Shown here: positions 29,873 through 43,465 of the stretch, one piece after another
How positions within the stretch are numbered: position 1 is the first letter of the stretch
Layout of the letters: each line of letters begins with the position of its first letter
Source: Octopus vulgaris
Lineage: Eukaryota
Length of the DNA stretch: 64,000 bases
Direction of reading: 5' to 3'
Assembly (NCBI GenBank): GCA_951406725.2
Contig: OX597814.1
Span: 210,862,001 to 210,926,000, forward strand
The notes under the pieces: generated by a model
Databases searched by the model: none
What the model saw: only the letters and a program-made list of their open reading frames with translations
What the model was told of the DNA's origin: nothing
Program-made: the position numbers and the translations under genes

Positions 29873-29999
29873 GCCTATTTTCTCTCTGTCGACATATGTG
29901 TGTGTTCGTATTCAGTAGTAAGCCCCAAAAGTAGGGAAGGGGTCTATTGTTAACCTTGAAGAGAAGATATATTGGGTGGGTTGCGTGCCTCTCAACGCT

Positions 30000-30600
30000 A
30001 AAATACAATTTCTCCCCAAGTGTTTCTCCACTTTAGTGAGATTTAACTTTAGCAGTGACTCTGAGGAATCTAGCTGAGTGCAGTGCCGGGTGTTTCGGTG
30101 AGAGTAGACCGTTTTGTCAGCTGATGAAGGAAACATTCGTAAGACAACACTGAGTATGGCATTTCAGTTTTCCGTTCATGTAATCGATGCAAATTTCTCG
30201 TCTGGTGTTTAGGTCCAGGAAAACGATGCTTGGTTACGCAGGTTAGGAAGGAATAAATGTTATATCGACTTTCAGACTGCGGATACTTTTTGAAGTAGTA
30301 GCAAGAAAGTATTTTACGCACATGAAGAGGAGATTGGAGAAAGGAAGATAAACAACGGTTATACATTCAATTGAGTGTAGGAGATAGCAAGGGCTGCACA
30401 CTCATACGAGAGTAGATAGCACAAATGATGAAAGACAAATGGGCCCACTACGTAAGAAGCTGCGATTTGAGTTTCGCGTATCATATAAGATCCAATGCTG
30501 CATTGATAAATAAATCACCTCGTTACTTTCACGGAACCTATCGGGAACGAGAAATATTTTTTAAGAGAAACAATGTAGATCTGGAGTGAATCTGGCCGCA
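30000..30600 (-). mobile_element. Very decayed CR1/Jockey-like LINE RT fragment
   Basis: Weak remnants (SADKTVY resembling FADDT.IY; LKLNLTK) in a GC-richer unique-looking block. Confidence 0.3.
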
Positions 30601-30866
30601 TTGGTGACCATTCACAGTAGACGGTGTAAAAGTGAGAGAGCGGGGCAAAATAGAAAGAGACAGAGAGAAACATTTAGGGAGATGTGCTTGAGAAGGTCAT
30701 AATTTGCAGGCGTACATATGATCAGAAATGTATTTAAACTTCAATGGAATAGCATTTAGCTAATAGAGAGGTGAGATGTTTCTAGGGTAAGGTACTAACA
30801 GTAGGTAGATCGAAATGATAGATTATATCCCATAGAGAGTGAAAACGTAAGAGACTAGAAGATATA

Positions 30867-32151
30867 CGAGGGACGTTGAATAAGTAATTCCCCTGACCCA
30901 CTTGCAGTTGTTTGATCTAGCTGAAATTTTGCATGTGCAATTATTTATATCTCTATAGATGAAGTAGCAAATAACATCTTTTAACTAAGTGTGGTTTCTG
31001 ATTTACAGGTGTTTGAACTGAGTCAAGTGTGAAATGGAGCCTGTTGAGTGTCGAGCAGTGATTCGGTTTTTGTATTTGAAAGGACGCACACCACGGGAGA
31101 CTTTTGATGAAATGAAAGTAACTTATGGTGATGATGTCCCATCATATGACCTTGTAAAACGCTGGCATCGTGAATTCAAAGATGGTCGGAACTCTGTGGA
31201 AACAGCTCCCAGATCTGGTCGCCCCGCTTCTGCCATTGATGAAGCATCTGTCCGTCAAGTTGAGGCTGCCATTTTGGAAGATCGACGCCTAACTATTCGC
31301 GAAATAGCCCATGAGGTCAAGATTAGTACCGGGTCTGTGGAAACTATCATTCATGACCATTTGCATATGCAAAAGGGTGTCTGCCAGATGAATTCCCAGG
31401 CTGCTCACCCCTTTCCAGAAGCAAGAACGCGTCGAGTGCTCGAGGATGATGTGCCAAGAAGATGAGTCAAAAATGTTTCAAAAGACTGATTACACAGGAT
31501 GAAACCTGGGTCTATCACTATGATCCAGAGACCAAAGCCCAGTCAATGCAGTGAAAGCACCATGATTCACCTTCTCCAAAGAAAGCAAGGGTGCATCCCT
31601 CCGCTGGTAAGGTCATGCTCACAGTCTTCTGGGACCAGGACGGCGTAGTGATGACAGATTTCCTGGAAAAGGGTACCACAATTACAGGAGCTTACTGTGC
31701 TTCACTTTTGAAGAAATTAAGAGAAGCTATCAAAATCAAGAGGCGGGGCAAGATTAGCAAAAGCAGCCTCCTTCTGCAGGACAACGCTCCGGTTCATAAC
31801 TCGCTTGTCGCCAGATCAGAAGCACAGGCGTGCGGCTATGAACTCCTCCCCCACCCCCCTACTCTCCTGACCTTGCACCCTCTGATTTTCACCTCTTCCC
31901 ATCCATGAAGTTGTTTTTGAAAGGAAAGCGTTTCCCAGATGATGCAGCCTTGATTTCTGAAGTCACGTCGTCGTTGGATGACCAAGCTGCGGTCTTCTAA
32001 AAAAACGGTCTCCAGAGCAGCATCAAACGATGGGAGAAATGCGTAACTCTGGGTGGTTCCTATGTAGAAAAAGACTAATAACTGTGCCAAGTTTCGTTGC
32101 TCTACTGCTATGGGAAGTGGGTCAGGGGCATTACTTATTAAACGCCCCTGG
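30867..32151 (+). mobile_element. Full-length Tc1/mariner (mariner-type) DNA transposon, 1285 bp
   Basis: 37-bp TIRs (cgagggacgttgaataagtaattcccctgacccactt, 4 mismatches between ends); TA duplications at 30865-30866 and 32152-32153. Confidence 0.95.
31034..32078 (+). pseudogene. Disrupted mariner transposase
   Basis: HTH N-terminus with RSGRP, *IPRLLT (WVPHEL equivalent), TQDETWVYHYDPE, KVMLTVFWD, QDNAPVH, YSPDLAPSDF; frameshifts near 31375 and 31860 plus in-frame stops. Confidence 0.93.
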
Positions 32152-32166
32152 TATTTAATTATGTGA

Positions 32167-32577
32167 CTCTCTTTACTCTTTTACTTGTTTCAGTCATTTC
32201 ACTGCGGCCATGCTGGAGCACCGCCTTTAGTCGAGCAAATCGACCCCAGGACTTATTTTTTGTAAGCCCAGTACTTATTCTATCGGTCTCTTTTGCCAAA
32301 CCGCTAAGTGACGGGGACGTAAACACATCAGCATCGGTTGTCAAGCAATGCTAGGGGGCCAAACACATACACACAAACACATACACACACATATATATAT
32401 ATATACATATATACGACAGGCTTCTTTCAGTTTCCGTCTACCAGATCCACTCACAAGGCATTGGTCGGCCCAAGGCTATAGCAGAAGACACTTGCCCAAG
32501 ATGCCACGCAGTGGGACTGAACCCGGAAACATGTGGTTGGTTAGCAAGCTACTTACCACACAGCCTCTCATGCGCCT
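32167..32577 (-). mobile_element. tRNA-derived SINE family A, full length
   Basis: Near-identical to 28397-28813. Confidence 0.92.
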
Positions 32578-33104
32578 ATGTATATGCGACTGTGTATGTG
32601 TGTGTGTGTTGATATATCTGTATGTGCATGCGAGCGTACACAGGGAGAGATTCTTTCCCCAATAACTGGCCTGAGACAAAATCATATGTTTGAAACTGTT
32701 TTATTTTCATTGTGAAAGTTTAGTCAACCAGAGCGCAAAGAGTTTCAAACTAACTTTTCATTTAATTTTTGATGTTAGAAAATTTACGACCTTTAATTGC
32801 TATTTGATATTTTGACAGTGTGCAGTTAGTCATGTTTAGTTTTAATTTCTCTCTGTATACAATGCTCTATGTGTCATTACAAACATTCTTTCTTTTACAT
32901 AGATTGTTGGCTTTGAAAGTATGGCGATGTCGTTCGCTGCGTATATCTAAATTTGCATACGTGCTTTTGTGCGTGTAATTGAACTAGATTTTGTGAGTTG
33001 TGTTACAATGTGAAAAGGACTTCTCTAGCTCTTCCCCTCTCTCTCTCACTTATGTTAACGTACATCATCAACAACAAAAACAACAACAAAATAATATTAG
33101 TAAT

Positions 33105-33560
33105 ATGCTCGCATGGCGTTTGATCTTAATTAACGGGCAGTGTTGTCATGGACGTTGTTTTGTCTTGGTATTAAAGATGCACTACAACAAATATGCTCCT
33201 CAATGTCATAGCTTTGCTTGTAAGTTGATTGATCTGAACCAGTTGGGCTTGTCCCTTAGTGGCTGGTGATATGTGCATCGCTAATCACGAGGAGAAGTAG
33301 TGGGGGAAGCATCATTGCAATGTGTTAAAAGGAATTTCAAAACATGGGTGTTTCGTTCAAAATCCTTAAACGACCCATATGCAGGGACCTTTTGAGCGGA
33401 ATGGTATACTCGACCTGAAAAAAATTACAACGCGCAGATGTGGTTGTGATGCATGTTCTTGATGTACCCTTATCAGACGAGTAATCGTGATGGGTAAACT
33501 GGGCTTCGTATATTACCCCAGTGTCACTTTGATAGCATGCACTGCTCTTTCATACACTCA
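33105..33560 (-). repeat. Unclassified interspersed repeat
   Basis: Diverged reverse complement of 40951-41498. Confidence 0.8.
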
Positions 33561-33620
33561 ATGATAATAATAATGATAATGATGATGATAAAAATAAAAA
33601 TAATAATAATGATGATGATA

Positions 33621-33701
<81 letters not shown>

Positions 33702-33705
33702 GTGG

Positions 33706-33749
<44 letters not shown>

Positions 33750-33767
33750 CTGATGATGATGATGATA
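33558..33767. repeat. (GAT)n microsatellite
   Basis: Direct reading; source of poly-M/poly-H ORFs. Confidence 0.95.
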
Positions 33768-33897
33768 TCCCCTTAAACACCCATTTATGATCATCACAAG
33801 TACAAGACAAAAGTTGAAACTAAAAAACATTCAATAATACTTTTTAAAAATAAATTGAAATAATAATTATGATGGTAATAAGGGTGATGTCGGTAAT

Positions 33898-34266
33898 ATG
33901 ATTGATTGATTGATTGATTGATTGATTCTAGTTTCAGCTTATGAGCTGTGGCCATGCTGGGGCACCGCCATTTGGTGTTGCTACTTGGTTTCACTTCATG
34001 GAGGCTTTCTAGCAACTGCTATTTGGTGCATGAGAGAGTTCGATGCAGCTGCCCTCATCTGCCCCTCCTGCCGTGAAGTTGGTTCATCTGGGACACCTGA
34101 CAGGAAGAGATCCAGCTTCATTTTAAAGACATCTGTATCCACCCCATGCAGGTCTCTCAGGTTCTTCGGGAGGATATTGAAGAGCTGTGGGCCTCGGAAG
34201 CCCAGGCTATCACAGAATCTTGTCCTACATCTTGATGGCAGGTTTGGAGTCCTAGGCACCACGCAG
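33898..34266 (-). mobile_element. 5'-truncated CR1/L2-type LINE 3' end with (CAAT)n tail
   Basis: RGPQLFNILPKNLRD..FKMKLDLFLSGVPDEP..RAAASNSL ORF2 C-terminus; 3'UTR ggcggtgccccagcatggccacagctc..gctgaaactaga then (atca)n. Confidence 0.8.
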
Positions 34267-34299
34267 TTAATGATAATTAATGATAATAATAATAATTTA

Positions 34300-36383
34300 G
34301 CGAAAACTCATGTCGGATGAGAAAAAATATTAGCAACGATATATACAGACGGAGTTAGGTATGCACTCGAAGGACATTTTTGCGTTAAACCAGAAATAGA
34401 AAGGAGAACTTAAAAGCCAACAAAAGCACAGGGCTCTGAACAGGAAGTGTAATATTTAAAGGACCTGCAAATGGTAATGGAGGAACTGAAACAACTTCTC
34501 TTTGCAAAGAAAGCAAAGATTGTAAGATAGGACCAAAGAGGTAAATGGAGAGTTTACAGATAGAAAGTTGATACCAGATAACATTGAAAGTCAAAGGTTT
34601 CGGAGTGACATCTGAAGCAAAGACAGGAGCACAAGATGGATGCTGAATGGCTGCAAGAATTTAAACAAGCTGTAGTCTGTCTACAATAGAGAGAACTAGT
34701 CATTTTAGTTGAGGAAGGAAATCAGGAACAAAATGGGCAACTGGAATGTCCCGGGACTGGATGGTGTTCAAGGCTACTGGATCAAACGATTTGCTGAATG
34801 TCATGCAAGAATAGCTGTACAACTCAACACCTTGTTTAAATGCCGACCAAGTAAGACCACAGTGGTTGACAATGTGTAGGACAGTACTGTGCCTGAAAAA
34901 CATCGAAAAAGGCATATGGTAGACAACTACAGGCCGATATCCTGCTTGCCAGTTATGTGGAAATCATTGACTGGAATACTCGCAAAGCGAAGGTATGGAC
35001 ATCTGGAAAAAAATGGAGTTCTGCCACATAGGCAGAACTGTTATAAACGTAAGTACAGAAGTAACAAGGATCAATTCCTGGTAGACAAAACTGTACTCAG
35101 AGACTGCAAGAAGAGGAAACCTAACTTAGCCATTCATTGGTCGATTGTCCTAAGGCGTACAATATGATCCCACATTATTGGATTATGGAATATATGAACC
35201 TATTTGGTATTGCATCGAATGATGAGTGATTGCTTGGAAAAAGTATGGTGAAATGGAGGCCGGAACTGACAGCATATGGAAGAATTTCGGGACAATAAAA
35301 ATCAGGATATGCATGTGCCTATCCCCACTGGTCTTTGTACTGTGCACGATAACACTATCACTGATTCTGAGGACAGCAGAGACTGCGTATGTATTCAAAA
35401 TACGCCAACAATAAGTCAACCACTTGCTATTCATGGATGACCTCAAACTATATGGTAAAAATAAATCCCAAATCTGTTCCGTCGTTAATACAGTGTATAC
35501 TTTCAGTGATGATATCAGAACGGAGTACGGAATGAAAAAGTGTTGTGTGTTAGACATGAAGAGAGACAAAATCAAATATTGTATAGACGGGCTAACGTCT
35601 ATATATAGACGGACTAAAAACGGGGGAGGTTGTGTAGCAGTTAGAAGGGACAGGCTATAAGTACTTAGGGATACTGGAAACGGATATATGGATGGAGAAA
35701 TAACTGGCAGAAAATTTTAAGGTGGGGAACTTAAAGGTGGAGTACAGTATTTGTGAATAAAATGGTAAAACTGTAAAGCATATTACCAGTCAATGTACGC
35801 CACTAGCCCAGAAAGAATATAAGAGACGACAAGACAATATAGCAAGGATTGTCCATTGGACACTTTGCTGCAAGTGTGGATGTGACAGAGCAAACAATTT
35901 GTCCATACAAAAATCATCCGAAGACATCACCAGGAGATAGAGAATAGGAAGCCAGACATAGTGTTAATTGCGAAGGAAAGCAAACGATAGTGTATCATAC
36001 ATAGCATGCGCAGATGACAGCATGTTATGGGATAAGGAAGATAGGGAAAGTCGATAGATATGACAGATAGCGTGCGATTTTAAGGAGTTGTGCTCGATGG
36101 AAAAGGTGGTAGTAGTACCAATAATTGCCGGAGCCCTGGGAACTGTCTTGAGAAGTACATGGAACAAATAGGGGCTGCAGTAAGTATGGAGCTCTTTCAG
36201 TAAACAGCACTGCTTGGAACTGCTCGAATACTCCGGATGGTGCTTGAAAAATAAGAGGTGTTACCTTAGTTCACCGGTAATGAACAGCTGGCTCCGTATT
36301 ACATCTCCAGCGATAGAAGCTGTTCAAAGACTATAACTAACAACAACAACAACAACAGCAACAACAACAATAATGATAATAAT
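34300..36383 (+). mobile_element. Decayed R4/Dong-type LINE (RT + RLE) with (AAC/AAT)n tail
   Basis: PGLDGVQGYWIK, NYRPISCLPVMWK, HLLFMDDLKLYGKN, YKYLGI, RRQDNIARIVHW, RKPDIV, VPIIAGALG, TALLGTARILRMVL. Confidence 0.9.
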
Positions 36384-36590
36384 AGGTGAACTGGCAAAAT
36401 CGTTAGCGCTGGCGCCATTCGTCCGTCTTTAACTTCTGAGTTCAAATTCCGCCGAAATCGTCCCTTTGCTTTCATCCCTTCAGGGTCAATAAATCAATTA
36501 CCAGTTTAATACTGAGATCGATGTAATTGACTTAACGCTTCACCCCAAAATTTCAGACCTTGAGCCTATGGCAGAACAGAATTGTTATTA
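36384..36590 (+). mobile_element. tRNA-derived SINE family B, diverged copy
   Basis: ggtgaactggcaaaatcgttagc..ctgagttcaaattccgccga..tttcatcccttcagggtcaataaa. Confidence 0.75.
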
Positions 36591-36769
36591 GTTTTGGTTT
36601 GACTCAGTTTCGGTCTTATTCCCGGAAGGATTTATGCGGCTAGAGTGTTACTATTTCTAATCTTAGGTATGCACAAGTTTTCAGTTGTCTTTCAAGTGCA
36701 TTGAAACCTCCTGAAAATCCTTGTTGAGCTCTACAGGGAATTCTATTACAATTTTTTTTTGTTTTTGTT

Positions 36770-37680
<911 letters not shown>

Positions 37681-38289
37681 TCAAACGATTTATGGCATGT
37701 TATATACATAAATATTCAAATATATTCGTTGGGTTTTATTTGAGGTGGGCGTGTATGTTTCTTTGTGTGGCTATTTCAAGCTGTGCTCTCTAAAAAAAAA
37801 TCTATATTTCAACTAATTACAACGAATAATATATTAGTTAGGAACCAGCATTGCAGAATTAAATTTACCACACAAGTGAATTGTCAAAAGCAAAATGTGT
37901 TTCGCCGCAAATTTACAAAGAGCTTTCCATTAATACCAGGAAACGAATGTAACACAAGAATGTAAGTAAATGGAATTTTAGTTGTATCTTTTAATCATTA
38001 ATGCAAAGTAATAGAGTAAAAGTGCCTTTTTTCTATTCAATACTTTTAAATGCTTAATGATAGAAGCGAAGTATAGGTAATTATATTACTGTGGAAATTA
38101 TTGTATTGCTAGAGTATTGCGAGCGGTCTAATGCACGTAATGTGTGATGTTGTATTTCACTGGATAATTGACAATACGCTTATGTTCTTGACTATTATTC
38201 CTTGAACTTTTGCGCTATCCATAAATTTATAACAATAAAATTACAAACTGAGAAATTTATATAACAAAGCTGTAATGGGGAACGTATAG

Positions 38290-38340
<51 letters not shown>

Positions 38341-39781
38341 GTTGAAATTTATAGAAAAGCAATAGACGAAGACAGGTGTGTGAACAACAAGCAAGTATAT
38401 ATGCTCGGGAAAATGTAATGGTCATTTATGTTTCCCTTCTACACTGTTCTACAGAAAGGAATAAGAGAGAATAAACACAGAGAGAGAGGGGGGATGAAAA
38501 GAGTCCTTTTAGTTTTCAGCGGTGTAGCATGACAAATAAATATTTATGTATATACAGTTCACTTTTACGTTAGGGTATCATCAACTACATAAGTACTCCT
38601 TCTGGGAGGAGATAAATATAGATAAATAAAGTACGCAGTATATAGATATGAGCCACTTATAGTTTCATGCATTAGAAATAATTTCTTGACTGGTTTTAAT
38701 AATACAAATCGGGACAATCAGACAAGAAAAATTACAAGAATAAAAGCGCGGACTGCAGATGCAAAAGGGGGAAGGGCAAAAGAAACGAAAAAAAAAAAAA
38801 AGGAATGAATTAGGATATATCGCTCTTGATCGTAAAGCCATAAATCTACTTCACGTATAATGTATGACAGGTGGTTAAAGTCTGCGATTGAGCTAGTAAA
38901 TCCGGATATGGATGCGTTCTTCAATTCACCAGAAGAAAAAATGTCCATATGTAAGAATTTGCTGCCAATTTAAGATCTGGAATTGAACAATGCGATAAGA
39001 TTCATAGATGTTAAAAGGATACGTGATGTTTCTACTACGTATAACTTGCAATTTTTACAGACATTTCCATAAGAAATGACATTCTATACATAGAAAAATA
39101 TCTATGCTTGTGTTAATCGATTTAACGTTATCCGTCTTTACTTCTGCACTTAGTGCAGAGGTAAATGTATACCCACCAACAATTTGCTTTACTTCTTTAT
39201 GACTTGGTGCCAATTCTCAACTGTTTTATTTCGGTATCGCCATTGTTACAAATGTTTCAGAGTATGCAAGAGTTTAAATTAGTTTTCACGGGTATAATGG
39301 GATTAAGCGCAAACAATAACCTGTTGATTCTTTTATATAATATTTTGTCATACATATTTCAGAAATTTCCAGATTGCAAGTATATTAGTCCATAACATGC
39401 ACCAAAACAACTCCAGGGGGCAAAGCCAACAAAGAAACGTGCATATTTGAATTATATGTTATAATTTTTCAGAGAAATGATGCTCACATTTATCAAATTT
39501 ATAATACCAAATCATTCTACCACATGAGCATAGAGCGTGATATTTCAGGCTTTGAAATAAAGCAAACTGGTGTGTCTCTTCTTGCAGTCAATGGGTATAT
39601 ATTTTGAGCAAATCAAACTAGGAATCGAATTAGATTATGCTAAACACAGCAGTAACGTAATCATGATCTTTATTTGATTTAATACGCCGCTATACAATTG
39701 TAGCACTTTCTCACTCTCTCTCTTTCTTTCGCTTTCTATCACACACACACACACACACACTCGTATGTATGAATGTGTGTC

Positions 39782-39825
<44 letters not shown>

Positions 39826-39885
39826 TATGCAAATATGTATATGCGTGTATGTCTATGTGCGCCTGTGTCTCTTTACTTAACCCTA

Positions 39886-39932
<47 letters not shown>

Positions 39933-40019
39933 GAGAGAGAGAGAGAGAGAAAGAGAGGGAAAGAGAGAGAGACCTAAAAAGGACAACAAGTTAAAAGTTC
40001 AAGTTGGTCTTAATGACTA

Positions 40020-40677
40020 GGGTGACATATACTTGGGTTTGCAAGAGAGTGTGTTCTTCCAGAGCTTATATAAGAAAACAGAAAATTTAAAAGTTTGTTT
40101 GAAAATTTGGGATTACATAGTATTTTTGTAAGGAATGGACAGTTCCCATGAACACTACTTTTTAAATATCTTCCATATTTGGATTCCCTGGTATCTGAGC
40201 CATGTAGCAATCAGTCATTTTGCTATCCATCCTGGGGTACCTATGATAACAGGTTCTGTTTTAGTCTAGATGTTCCATATTTTGTCGATCTATCTAATAC
40301 TTGATCAATTTTTGGTAGATCTTAACAAATACAATTATGTCGATTGGGACACTGATATCGGTGAGGAGGCTTGATTTTTATCTTAAGTCCTTCCGAATAA
40401 TGTCTAGCCTATTCGCATCTACCTTCCTGTCAGTCTGAACAGTGAAATTCCAGAGGAGTGAGAAGTGGTAATTTTCAAGCACCAGAGGTGTTTTGTTTTC
40501 CCAACAGTTTTTAAAGTGGGATAGATCCAAGTTCTTTACAAATTATCCAGTGAATATACCTTGCTGCTTTAGCATGGCTGTTGAGATACTCTGAAGGCGC
40601 AAGAAAAATGCACACGGAGACAACATGATCGATACTTTCATTTTGTTGTTTACATACACGACATGTTGAGCTACTGC

Positions 40678-40678
<1 letters not shown>
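40020..40678 (-). mobile_element. R4/Dong-type LINE fragment (zinc knuckle + RLE)
   Basis: CRVCKQQNESIDHVVSVC..LAPSEYL..H..ARYIHW, LWNFTVQTDRKVDANRLDII, VIIG. Confidence 0.85.
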
Positions 40679-40679
<1 letters not shown>

Positions 40680-40711
<32 letters not shown>

Positions 40712-40833
40712 TAGTTTTATTTTTATAGCGTGCTTCCACTTCACTACCGAGCACAGCTCTGTGTGCCTTGGGTATGTGCTGTGATTTGTTGTGATGCTCT
40801 GATGGTTATCAGAGCATCACAATAAATCTGATG

Positions 40834-40838
<5 letters not shown>
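40680..40838 (-). mobile_element. R4/Dong-type 3'UTR fragment with foldback at its 5' junction
   Basis: Nearly identical to 37345-37448; hairpin at 40783-40828. Confidence 0.85.
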
Positions 40839-40905
<67 letters not shown>

Positions 40906-40950
40906 GTTATTGTTGTTGTTGTTATTATTATTAAGAGAGAGAGAGAGAGA

Positions 40951-41496
40951 GAGCAGTGCATGCCATCAAAGTGACACTGGGGTAAGATATACGAAGCCAA
41001 GTATACCCATCATGACTACCCGTCTGATAAGGGTACACTAGGCACATGCATCACAACCATATGTGCGAGGAACGTGGATCTCATATCAAGATAAAGTGTA
41101 CATGACCTTGCAGGTGGATCCCAGTTAGAATTTTCTTCTGGTCGAGTAACGCATCCCGCTCAAAAGGTCCCCGAATACGGGTTGCTTGAGGGTGTAGACG
41201 AAGCACCCATGTTTCCAGAGGTGAATTATTCAAACACCTAGAGAATCCCTCCCAACACATAACTATGATGCTCCCCAGCTACTTCTGCTCGTGATTAGAG
41301 ATGCACATATCGTCAGCCACTAAGGGACATGGTCAAGTGGTTAAAGTCAAACAACTGACAAGCAAATCTGTGGTATTGAGCAGAATATTTGCTGTAGCCC
41401 ATCTTTTATACCAAGACAAAACAATGTACATAACACTTCGAATCAGTTAAGATCAGGAGCCAAGAGAGCCACTGCCTGGTACTGCATCAGGGCATT

Positions 41497-41498
<2 letters not shown>
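40951..41498 (+). repeat. Unclassified interspersed repeat of about 550 bp, ending in (AAT)n
   Basis: Three copies in the window; bounded by (GA)n and (AAT)n. Confidence 0.8.
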
Positions 41499-41550
<52 letters not shown>

Positions 41551-41569
41551 TTGTTTTTGTTTTTTTTTT

Positions 41570-41782
41570 TGTTTTTCCAGTTTCAGCTCTTGAGCTGTGG
41601 CCATGCTGGGGCACCGCCATTGTGGTGAAAGAGTACAGCAGGGATCACCACCCCCTGCCGGAGCCTCGTAGAGCTTTTAGGTGTTTTCGCTCAATAAACA
41701 CACACAACGCCCGGTCTGAGAATCGAAACCGCGATCCTGCGACCGCGAGTCCGCTGCCCTAACCACTAGGCCATTGCGCCTC
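41570..41782 (-). mobile_element. tRNA-derived SINE family C with CR1/L2-type LINE tail
   Basis: Head ggcgcaatggcctagtggttagggcagcggactcgcggtc..ggtttcgattc; tail ggcggtgccccagcatggccacagctcaagagctgaaactgg. Confidence 0.9.
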
Positions 41783-41816
41783 TAATAATAATATTATTAT
41801 TATAATAATAATAATA

Positions 41817-41863
<47 letters not shown>

Positions 41864-42040
41864 CATCGCTGTTGTTGTTGTTATTACCATTATTTTCGTT
41901 ATATTATTATTATTATTTTATGTGGGAGTAAGAGCGCGACTGAAGGAGTTACAGTTTCCTGCGTCACCACTAATGAAGTTTGGTAAGTGCCAACGCCTGA
42001 AACTATCGATCCTGTGAATGTGTTAGATATATTTTAATAA

Positions 42041-42204
42041 GGAGTGGCTGTGTGGTAAGTAGCTTGCTAACCAACCACTTGGTCCAGGGTTCAGTCCCAC
42101 TGCGTGGCACCTTGGGCAAGTGTCTTCTACTATAGCCCCGGGCCGTCAATGCCTTGTGAGTTGATTTGGTAGATGGAAACTGAAAGAAGCCCGTCGTATA
42201 TATG

Positions 42205-42237
<33 letters not shown>

Positions 42238-42447
42238 TCGTGTGTCTGTGTTTGTCCCCCTAGCATTGCTTGACAATAGATGCTGGCGTGTTTATGTCCC
42301 CGTCACTTAGCGGTTCGGCAAAAGAGACCGATAGAATAAGTACTAGGCTTACAAAGAATAAGTCCTTGGGTCTAGTTGCTCGACTAAAGGTGGTGCTCCA
42401 GCAAGACCGCAGTCAAATGACTGAAACAAGTAAAAGAGTAAAAGAGT
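42041..42447 (+). mobile_element. tRNA-derived SINE family A, full length
   Basis: Same head, body and (gtaaaaga)n tail. Confidence 0.92.
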
Positions 42448-42671
42448 ATATGTTTTGAGCTCCACTGATCCTGTCTGCATTACCAAACACATACATCCAT
42501 ACATATGGGTGTGTGTGCTTGTGTGTGCAGGTCGTCTAAGTGTTCACAAGGCAGGAAAAATGACATATGGTCTCTACGTTATATTATATCTACATTTTCT
42601 ATCTTTCTCTCTCTATATATATGTATGTATGTATGTATCTATCTATCTATCTATCTATAAATATATATACT

Positions 42672-42707
<36 letters not shown>

Positions 42708-42722
42708 GTTTCGTATGTGTGT

Positions 42723-42770
<48 letters not shown>

Positions 42771-43185
42771 TAGATATTTATGTATAAAAGCATCTAATTC
42801 ATAACGATTTCTATAATAATACATGTTCATTATTTTAAAGATTGAACGTACTACAATGGCATGCATCCTATAACAAGAGATGACGAATAATAGGTTCAGG
42901 CCTTCCTTCTCCAAATAATTGTATTATTATTGTGGTATATTCCATGAAATAGTGTTTACATTTCGTTCAGGCAAACATTCTTTGTCCACATCTCGACAAA
43001 CATAACATGTGAACTTATTTTCAAATATTTCATATAATTCTTTTCGTTTTTTTTAAAAATACAATTCAACTTCTTTATTGATAGAATTAAATAGAGAACA
43101 ATTATTTTCCTTCCAAGGTTAGAGCGTATATGTGATGCATTTGTACATAATGTGTGCATATATACACACATACCCACACACGTAC

Positions 43186-43189
<4 letters not shown>

Positions 43190-43282
<93 letters not shown>

Positions 43283-43465
43283 TATATACATATGTATATA
43301 TTATATGTATTTATATACAATTATATATATATATTATATATAAATATTTATATATACTTATATATTTATATACATTCATATATACTTATTATTTATATAC
43401 ATTTATATATATATTATATATATATATATATATTATATTATGTATACATACATATATACATAAAT
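43190..43465. repeat. (TA)n and degenerate TA-rich tract
   Basis: Direct reading. Confidence 0.9.

Noticed and set aside
29310-30008. 232-aa ORF and recurring 'ASFSFRLPNPLTR' peptides
   Set aside because: Antisense translation of SINE family A copies
38871-38950. Possible plus-strand exon (WLKSAIELVNPDMDAFFNSPEEKMSI)
   Set aside because: Weak acceptor, no partner exons, no recognisable homology
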